Made by a program: the position numbers and the translations under genes. 64,000 nucleotides of DNA from assembly GCA_964626205.1 (NCBI GenBank), contig CAZVED010000004.1, positions 2,163-66,162 of the forward strand. The letters run 5' to 3'. Source of the DNA: an uncultured Gammaproteobacteria bacterium. GTDB taxonomy: Bacteria > Patescibacteriota > Patescibacteriia > SG8-24. Under the pieces are notes generated by a model. It worked only from the letters and a program-made list of their open reading frames with translations. It was not told where the DNA came from and did not search any database. Below, piece by piece: positions 58,101 to 64,000 of this stretch (positions within the stretch are counted from its first letter, which is position 1; every line of letters begins with the position of its first letter).

Positions 58101-60396
58101 CGTGACGTATCACTACGCGGCATACGCATACGACGAAGCCGGAAATTTCTCGGCAGGCGCGTTCGCCAACGCGACACCGCTTGAGGGGCTTCCACTTCCG
58201 GTTCTCGCCTGCTCCGACTCCGATGGTGGCCTCTCGTTCGAGGTCGCAGGAACGGTGACGACGCCATCCGGAGCGTTCATCGACGCATGCGTGGACGAGA
58301 CGATGCTTCGCGAATACTTCTGTGCCGGAACATCCGTACAGGAACAAGCGTACGTTTGCGATGCTGGCGCACGTTGCTTGGCAGGACGCTGCGTCCCTGA
58401 GGACTACGTGCCCATGCCGGATACATGCGGTAACAGTTTCTGTGATGGTGTCGAGACGAACCTTTCATGTCCGTCGGATTGTCCGGTGGCAGCAGGTATT
58501 CCGTTGCAGCATCTTGGGGCGACAAACGTGCCTCCCGAAGAGCGTTTGCAACTGGATTTGGTGCGGTTCTATGCGACCGAACGACAGATTGAGCTCGTCT
58601 TCGACGAGAATAACCGTATCGCCATCTATCCGGCGACGACCGTCCGTGTGTATCTGCCGGACGCAGCGATCCGGAAGCCGATTCGCGAGGCATATGCGAC
58701 CATCGAAAGTTCTTCGTATGCGATGCGTGAGACGCGGAGCTATGAGACGAGCATCGTCATGCCGAAGGAGACCGCAGACCACCCGCTCACGTTCAGCGTG
58801 CTGTATCAGGACGGCACACACGAGATCACGGAGTACTCGTTCGTCGTCAATCCGTTCAGCGTCATCTATGAGGTGGTCGGTGGCAAGCCGGTTCCGGTCG
58901 CGGATGCTCGTGTGGCCGTCTTCCGACAGGACGAGCGTGGCAGGTTCGGCCTGTGGGATGCCGATCGCTTCGGGCAACAGAATCCGATCGTCACGAACGT
59001 TTCCGGCTCGTACGGCTTCATTGCCGAACCCGGCACGTACCGCCTGCAGGTGGAAGCTCCCGGATTCCGTCCGTTCCAGACGCTGCCGTTCCGCGTCCGC
59101 GAGAACCTTGTCGGTCGTGATGTCGAGATGGTCCGGTTGCCACCGCCATTCATCGAGAATCCCGTGGAGAACATCGTCAACCGTGCGGCATTCTTGCTCG
59201 ATGCGACACGGCAAGAAGTGATGGAGTTCATCGATAACGAGTTCGTCGAGGAGGGGACGGTAACCGTGGCACCGGTCGCCCTCGCTGTCGCCGCGACGAA
59301 TGCCGCGGCCGTGGTGCCTCACCTGCCATTCCTGTACTCGCTCCTTGCGCACCCGTTCCGCATCATCGCAATGCGGCGCAGGAAGAAGTGGGGGGTCGTT
59401 TTCGACGCCATCACGCAGATGCCGGTGGACCTCGCGATTGTCCGTTTGCTGGACGCGGAGACTGGACGCATCATGCGTACCGCCGTGACGGATCAGCAAG
59501 GTCGGTACGCATTCATCGTGAAGCCAGGGTCGTATCGCTTGACGGCGACCAAAGTCGGCATGACGTTCCCATCCGTCTTCCTGAAGGAAAAGAAAGAATC
59601 TGCGCGTTTCATCGACCTGTACCACGGAGAGCCTGTGGCTGTCAGCGCGGAAGACGTCATCACTGCGAATATCCCGCTTGATCCGATTGGTAGCGCAAAG
59701 ACGCCGACGCGCATCGTATGGGAGGGCGTTGGCCGGAGGTTCCAGCACGGCATCGGCATTCTCGCCATTGTCACGATGGTCGGCGTCATGGTCATCGCGC
59801 CGAGCATGTTCACGGCGGCGCTCTTGGCCGGGAATGTGATCTTCTATGCGGTCTTCCGGCGTGTCACATCGGTACGGCACCCGAAGAGCTGGGGTATCGT
59901 CTACGACGAGGAAACGGGCAAGCCCCTTACGAACGTCGTCGCCCGCGTGTTCGACACGGCATACGACAAGCTGCTGGAGACACAAGTGACAGACATCAAA
60001 GGTCGGTACGCGTTCCTTGTCGGCAATAACGTGTATTACGTGACGTTCGAGAAGCCAGGATATCGGAAACGGCAGAGTGACAAGGTTGACCTGCTCGCCG
60101 GCGACAAGGCGAAGGATCAGGTCGTCGCGGTCGATGTTACGCTCTCGCAGGCGAAGGGCGATGGCGAGACGAAAAAGCCGGAGGCTCCACCACCCCTTCT
60201 CGTGCCACCGCCTACGGCGACGCCTCCTCCGATGTCACCGCTCGCCCCGCATGCGCGGGAGATCGACGAAGAGCAGCTCGCGGAATCGGCGGTCGGGTCC
60301 GTCGCTCAGATGCTCGAGCATGAGGAGCCTGATGATGGGCAGAAAAAGGAATGGATAGAGCGACATCGACCGGAGGATGAAGAAGGTAAACAGTGA
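55117..60396 (+). CDS. Giant (1759 aa) membrane-anchored multidomain surface protein with FN3-like repeats (4 + 4), a Cys-rich module, three CarboxypepD_reg-like domains interleaved with TM segments, and a Pro-rich tail
   Basis: The N-terminal TM/signal is GFGLLVVVASSTLVFFASA. Repeats of type PPVITNIQVTSVTATSATIVWTTDEAATSFVDYDTDGAPYASV...LSGLQPNTTHHFRVRS (purple-acid-phosphatase-N-like FN3) occur 4 times. A second FN3-like type with SWTNP...GVRIxRK occurs 4 times. Further on are GRYAFIVKPGSYRL and GSYGFIAEPGTYRL motifs, a TM stretch ILAIVTMVGVMVIAPSMFTAALLAGNVIFYAVF, and a C-terminal PPPLLVPPPTATPPPMSP. Confidence 0.75.
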   Translation: MNQETRQTTLLQRLSLTLGFGLLVVVASSTLVFFASATAVSERSDTLSNQTSGQASSHTIRFTLSGGNAFAAAEQIVVDFGEDDARFAVAGMTFAAADIEVDDGTSRTTYSVTNGPASCVGSLGANDIAVGIDDATGVITMEACPSFVASAAGALVTIRIGAVAGGTDRITNPTAGSHLIDIVDAAGDCQTFGDVCAIGIAILDAGMVTISAVVPPVCGDGKVEGDEMCDDGNLVGGDGCSSTCRNENDGGTSVDIAPPVISNVRVEDVTTTSVTVAWDANEPASGRVEYGADQTYGSVAGQSAFLYAHTIGLSGLQPNTTYHFRVCSTDPTQNEACSGDATFMTASVQDALPPVITNIQVTSVTATSATIVWTTDEAATSFVDYDTDGAPYASVATTAGLATAHSVALSGLQPNTTHHFRVRSGDASSNEAFSTDLTFMTASVQDTLPPVITNIQVTNVTATSATIVWTTDEAATSFVDYDTDGAPYAAVAPTSGLATAHSVTLSGLQPNTTYHFRVRSVDAYGNESFGTNMTLATWDALPPVITNIQVTSVTATSATIVWTTDEAATSFVDYDTDGAPYASVATTAGLATAHSVALSGLQPNTMHHFRVRSVDGGANEAVSENATFRTLVPAAPVVSDVQVTDVTDSSARITWVTDTTSTTVVEYGLSTTYGAVVSNPTLSTNHLALITGLTNGTMYHFRVSSTDAYDQTTIVDGGTFTTTADVTAPPNVTGFIAEPGDALVLLSWTNPAAADFAGVRILRKTTGFSSGPTDGDMVYSGVAQSFADMGVSNDIVYYYTIFAFDEVPNFSTGAVVSATPVGPEDMTPPGPVTGFMAIAGDASVELSWTNPMDADLRGVRIVRKEDGCPVDETDGTTVYAGLATSRMDIGLMNDTTYCYAAYAYDAVPNFSFGTTATATPVAIEDVTPPGPTTDFVATAGDAIVLLTWTNPTDTDWRGTRIVRKVGSDPTSPTDGTVLYEAAASFFWDDINLTNGVTYHYAAYAYDEAGNFSAGAFANATPLEGLPLPVLACSDSDGGLSFEVAGTVTTPSGAFIDACVDETMLREYFCAGTSVQEQAYVCDAGARCLAGRCVPEDYVPMPDTCGNSFCDGVETNLSCPSDCPVAAGIPLQHLGATNVPPEERLQLDLVRFYATERQIELVFDENNRIAIYPATTVRVYLPDAAIRKPIREAYATIESSSYAMRETRSYETSIVMPKETADHPLTFSVLYQDGTHEITEYSFVVNPFSVIYEVVGGKPVPVADARVAVFRQDERGRFGLWDADRFGQQNPIVTNVSGSYGFIAEPGTYRLQVEAPGFRPFQTLPFRVRENLVGRDVEMVRLPPPFIENPVENIVNRAAFLLDATRQEVMEFIDNEFVEEGTVTVAPVALAVAATNAAAVVPHLPFLYSLLAHPFRIIAMRRRKKWGVVFDAITQMPVDLAIVRLLDAETGRIMRTAVTDQQGRYAFIVKPGSYRLTATKVGMTFPSVFLKEKKESARFIDLYHGEPVAVSAEDVITANIPLDPIGSAKTPTRIVWEGVGRRFQHGIGILAIVTMVGVMVIAPSMFTAALLAGNVIFYAVFRRVTSVRHPKSWGIVYDEETGKPLTNVVARVFDTAYDKLLETQVTDIKGRYAFLVGNNVYYVTFEKPGYRKRQSDKVDLLAGDKAKDQVVAVDVTLSQAKGDGETKKPEAPPPLLVPPPTATPPPMSPLAPHAREIDEEQLAESAVGSVAQMLEHEEPDDGQKKEWIERHRPEDEEGKQ
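56139..56990 (+). repeat. In-frame tandem DNA repeat inside the giant gene: three units of ~279-288 bp, with ~195-bp stretches perfectly identical between units 1 and 3, plus a diverged unit 0 at ~55850-56138
   Basis: GCTCCCGCCAGTCATCACGAACATCCAGGTGACG recurs at 56169, 56457 and 56736. The antisense track ORFs 55837..56373 and 56401..56940 share identical peptides, which confirms the DNA identity. Confidence 0.75.
57290..58190 (+). repeat. Second in-frame tandem repeat (3-4 units of 300 bp, diverged) encoding SWTNP-type FN3-like domains
   Basis: TGGACGAACCCG recurs at 57358, 57658 and 57958. Confidence 0.5.
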
Positions 60397-60491
60397 CCGG
60401 CCCGGGAGCTTTCTCTGCTGAAAGCTCCCGCCCGGTCCCTGGTTACGAGGACTGCGAAACAGCAGCCGCGTACAAGGGACTGAAATACAAA

Positions 60492-63400
60492 ATGTCAGGT
60501 TTGCAGTACAACAAGGTTCTTCCGCTTTTGCGGCGAATGTTCACGCTTGGCGTGCATGCTTTGGGCATGCTCGCTGTGCTTTTGGTGGCATCCGTCGCTT
60601 TGGCATCGGGTCCGGACCAGAACCGCATTCTCAACTACCAGATCCGCCTCACGGATGCCAATGGCATCGCGGTTCCGGACGGAACGACCGACATCAAGCT
60701 CACTTTCTACACTGCCGCATCCGGAGGGACGCAGCTCTACACGGCCTGTTCCGCCGACGGTTCACCGACCGGTACGCCGACAGCAGTCGAGGCGACGTTC
60801 ACTTCAGGCGTCGCGACGGTGCTTATTGGCGATACGGGCATCACGTGCGCTTCCGGATCCGCCGTGGCGATTCCGGCGACATTGTTCACCAACACCGCGA
60901 TGTATCTCGGCGTCACCGTCGAGGCGGATGCGGAAATGACCCCACGCAAGCGCATTGTCGCGGCCGGATACGCATTGAATGCCGACCGTCTCGATGACCT
61001 TGAGACATCGGCAGTCGGTGGCTCTGGTGCATTCGTGCCGATCACGGACGGCAGCGGCAACCTGACGTTGACCGAGGACCTTGCAGTGGACGGCACCACG
61101 TTCCTTGTCGACAGCGCGAACAACCGCATCGGTATCGGCACGATCACACCGGATGCCGTGCTCGATATCGAGGGTGCGGAAGACACAGAACGCATTCGCC
61201 TCACGGACGCGACGAACGTCGATTCCGTCGGCATTTATACCGGCTCCGGTACGCCGAACGGCTCGCTCACTGCGCAGGCCGGCTCCATCTTCCTCGATCA
61301 GACCGGTGGCGTGTACGTAAACACGAACGATGGTACCGCATGGTCGTTGTTGTCCGCAGGCGGCAGCATGGCTATCGGTGGCACGATTACGAGCGGCACG
61401 GTCGGCTCGCTGCTGTTCGTCGGTTCCGGTCCGTCACTCGCACAAGATAACGCGAACGTGTTCTGGGATGATGCGAGTAACCGACTCGGCATCGGCACCA
61501 ACGCGCCGTTGCGTACGCTCGACGTCGCGGGCTCGCAGCGCCTCCGTGGTACTGGCAGCACAGTGCTTACCGGCACTATCGATCCCGCTGCATCCACGAC
61601 AGTGACTGGCGTAGGTACTGCGTTTACCACGGAGATCGCGCTTGGCGACCGTATCGTCGTCGGTGGCGAAACTCGCACTGTGGTCGCGATCGCTTCCGAC
61701 ACGTCGCTCACGGTCGATCAGGCATTCTCGGACAATGCGAACGATACGTCGCCGGATGTGCTGTCCGCGATTGCGACGTTCCTGAAGAGCGACGGAACTC
61801 TGGGTCCGTCCGTGAACGACATCGGTGAACTCGTCATCGGACACCTTACCTCCGACCCGCTCGGTGGAAAGGCGCACATGTACTACAACACCACGACGAA
61901 CAAGTTCCGTTGTTACGAGAACACCACGTGGAAAGACTGCGTCGTCGATACGAGTGGTGACATTACGGGTACCGGTTCCAATGGTGCGGTGACTTTCTGG
62001 AGCGGATCATTGACGCTCTCCGCAGACTCCGCAAACTTCTTCTGGGATGACACGAACAACCGACTCGGCATCGGCGACGCGACACCCGCAGCGAGCCTCA
62101 CCGTCGGTTCCGGCGATTTGTTCCAGGTGGCCGGTGCTTCGGGCAACATCACGACGGCCGGTACGCTCACGGTGAACGGCACTGGCGCCTCGCTCATCGG
62201 CGGCAACCTCACGGTGAACGGTAACACCACGCTCGGTAACGCGGTGGGAGACACCGTAGCGTTCACGGGACGCCTGAACTCGCCGACGCATGGTGCCAGC
62301 AAGGGGTTGCTGCTGCCGACAAACGCTGGTGCGCCGAGTCCGGTGACCGGCACGACTGAGGGTGATATCGTGTGGGATACTACGAACGACCTTCTCTACG
62401 TGTACGACGGCTCCGCCTTCACGAGCTTCTCTGCAGGCGGTGTGAGCATTGGTGGTGATGTCTCTGGCGGTACGGTTGGCTCGGTACTCTTCGTGGGCAC
62501 GAGCGGACTGCTCACGCAGGACAACGCATCGTTCTTCTGGGATGACACCAACAATCGCCTCGGCATTGGCGACGCGACGCCGGCCGCCACGCTCACTGTC
62601 GGTTCCGGCGACCTGTTCCAGGTGGCGGGGGCTTCGGGCAACATTACGACCGCCGGCACACTTACGGTGAACGGCACCGGTGCTTCGCTCATCGGCGGCA
62701 ACCTCACGGTGAACGGCACGACCGCGCTCGGAAATGCCTCCGGAGACACCGTCACTGTCGCAGGCCGCTTGGTGACCTCGAACCATGCCGCAAATCAAGG
62801 CTTCAAGATTCCGACTTACGGTGCAGGGGCGCCTGGTGCCGTGACTGGCACGGTTGAAGGAGACATCGTATGGGATACGACCAACGACGTGCTCTATATT
62901 TATGACGGTGCCGATTTCACGAGCTTCTCTGCAGGCGGCGGCGTGAGCATTGGTGGCGCGGTGGCGAGCGGTACGGTCGGATCCATCCTGTTCGTCGGCG
63001 CAGGCGGCAATCTCGACCAGGACAACCCCGCATTGTACTGGGACTACACGAACGACCGCCTCGGTCTGGGTGACGCGACTCCGAGCTATACGCTTGATAT
63101 TAACGGCACATTCCGCGCCACCGGCGCCGCGCTCTTCGATGGCACGGTCGCGCTCGGCAATGCGGCAGGGGACACGGTCACTGTCGCGGGCCGTCTCGAC
63201 CTTGGAGCACACGCAGCGAATATCGGTTTGAACATTCCGACGAGCGCGGGCGTGCCGAGCGGCGTCACTGGAACCGCCGAGGGCGACATCGTCTGGGATG
63301 CGACGAACAACACGCTGTATCTGTATGACGGTGCATCCTTCGCGCAGATCAACGGTGCAATCGGTATTGGCAACACGGTCTCGAGCGGTACGAGCGGCTC

Positions 63401-64000
63401 CATTCTGTACGTGAACGGGTCCGGCCAGCTTGCGCAGGAGAATGCGAATCTGTTCTGGGACGACACCAACAACCGACTCGGCCTCAATGATACGACCCCG
63501 AGCTACACGCTCGACATCAACGGCACGTTCCGCACCACAGGCGCTGCGCTCTTCGATGGCACGGTCGCGCTCGGCAACGCGGCGGGGGACACGGTCACTG
63601 TCGCCGGCCGCCTCGATCTCGGCGTGCATGCTGCGAACATCGGTTTGAACATTCCGACGAACGCGGGCGTGCCGAGCGGCGTCACCGGAACCGCGGAAGG
63701 TGACATCGTCTGGGATTCAACCAACGACTCCTTGTACATCTACGATGGTGCGGCGTTCACGGCGTTCACTGCCGGCGGTGATATCGCCATTGGTGGCGAC
63801 ATCTCGGGTGGCACGGTCGGTTCCATACTCTTCGTGGACACGAGCGGAAATCTCGGTCAGGACAATGCCAGCTTCTTCTGGGACGACACCAACAACCGCC
63901 TCGGCATTCTTGACGCCACGCCGGACGCAACGCTCGATGTCGCCGGTTCCACGCACCTCGGTAGCTCTACGTCGCATCGCGTGACCATCACCGGCGAGTT
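60492..64000 (+). CDS. Partial tail-fibre-like repeat protein (>1169 aa; N-terminal TM anchor; 3' end outside the window)
   Basis: Manual translation from ATG 60492 gives MSGLQYNKVLPLLRRMFTLGVHALGMLAVLLVASVALASG... It then shows recurring FFWDDTNNRLGIGDATPAATLTVGSGDLFQVAGASGNITTAGTLTVNGTGASLIGGNLTVNG...GDIVWDTTNDxLYxYDG units, with DNA periodicity of ~0.43-0.5 kb from 62040. The antisense 540-aa track ORF 62007..63629 is an artefact. Confidence 0.6.
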   Translation, partial: MSGLQYNKVLPLLRRMFTLGVHALGMLAVLLVASVALASGPDQNRILNYQIRLTDANGIAVPDGTTDIKLTFYTAASGGTQLYTACSADGSPTGTPTAVEATFTSGVATVLIGDTGITCASGSAVAIPATLFTNTAMYLGVTVEADAEMTPRKRIVAAGYALNADRLDDLETSAVGGSGAFVPITDGSGNLTLTEDLAVDGTTFLVDSANNRIGIGTITPDAVLDIEGAEDTERIRLTDATNVDSVGIYTGSGTPNGSLTAQAGSIFLDQTGGVYVNTNDGTAWSLLSAGGSMAIGGTITSGTVGSLLFVGSGPSLAQDNANVFWDDASNRLGIGTNAPLRTLDVAGSQRLRGTGSTVLTGTIDPAASTTVTGVGTAFTTEIALGDRIVVGGETRTVVAIASDTSLTVDQAFSDNANDTSPDVLSAIATFLKSDGTLGPSVNDIGELVIGHLTSDPLGGKAHMYYNTTTNKFRCYENTTWKDCVVDTSGDITGTGSNGAVTFWSGSLTLSADSANFFWDDTNNRLGIGDATPAASLTVGSGDLFQVAGASGNITTAGTLTVNGTGASLIGGNLTVNGNTTLGNAVGDTVAFTGRLNSPTHGASKGLLLPTNAGAPSPVTGTTEGDIVWDTTNDLLYVYDGSAFTSFSAGGVSIGGDVSGGTVGSVLFVGTSGLLTQDNASFFWDDTNNRLGIGDATPAATLTVGSGDLFQVAGASGNITTAGTLTVNGTGASLIGGNLTVNGTTALGNASGDTVTVAGRLVTSNHAANQGFKIPTYGAGAPGAVTGTVEGDIVWDTTNDVLYIYDGADFTSFSAGGGVSIGGAVASGTVGSILFVGAGGNLDQDNPALYWDYTNDRLGLGDATPSYTLDINGTFRATGAALFDGTVALGNAAGDTVTVAGRLDLGAHAANIGLNIPTSAGVPSGVTGTAEGDIVWDATNNTLYLYDGASFAQINGAIGIGNTVSSGTSGSILYVNGSGQLAQENANLFWDDTNNRLGLNDTTPSYTLDINGTFRTTGAALFDGTVALGNAAGDTVTVAGRLDLGVHAANIGLNIPTNAGVPSGVTGTAEGDIVWDSTNDSLYIYDGAAFTAFTAGGDIAIGGDISGGTVGSILFVDTSGNLGQDNASFFWDDTNNRLGILDATPDATLDVAGSTHLGSSTSHRVTITGE

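Overview
This is a GC-rich (~60%), gene-dense bacterial chromosome segment containing the replication-origin neighbourhood (rpmH-rnpA-yidD on the minus strand | dnaA-dnaN on the plus strand, with DnaA-box clusters in both flanking spacers). Core genes include a ferredoxin/FAD-oxidoreductase pair, an orphan sensor kinase, a CorC/CNNM protein, adk, deoC, xerC/D-like, rpsO-(NYN)-pnp, a dksA-like gene, lspA, comM, an M23/LysM peptidase, an HD hydrolase, hppA (H+-PPase), tig, PBP1A, ROK glucokinase, polA-holA, rpsT and rmuC, plus five tRNAs (His-GTG, Arg-TCT, Ala-CGC, Arg-CCT, and a non-canonical Cys-GCA candidate). Two accessory surface-protein loci flank this core. The first is a >1500-aa signal-peptide NHL/beta-propeller repeat protein running off the left edge. 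The second lies after the tRNA-Ala/Arg pair. It starts with a ~1 kb AT-rich non-coding island carrying four to five copies of the 16-bp palindrome TGTTTCA(C/T)GTGAAACA and a strong sigma70-like promoter. A five-gene cell-surface cluster follows: two paralogous secreted proteins sharing a C-terminal DYxDTLTFI motif (WxL-like), a C-terminally TM-anchored DUF916-like protein, a 1759-aa FN3/CarboxypepD_reg multi-pass protein with near-identical ~290-bp tandem repeats, and a tail-fibre-like repeat protein running off the right edge. Other loci of note are a run of six small membrane-protein genes between lspA and comM, two tiny hydrophobic peptide genes after hppA, a ~650-bp gene-free structured region upstream of the dksA-like gene, and a Nudix-HAD-2OG oxygenase-deoC cluster. 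Many long ORFs in the supplied track are antisense high-GC artefacts, and the track's leading 'M' is often GTG/TTG. Coordinates of features not in the track were read by eye and may be off by 1-2 nt. The organism is probably a compact-genome monoderm lineage, possibly Patescibacteria-like, but this is inference only.
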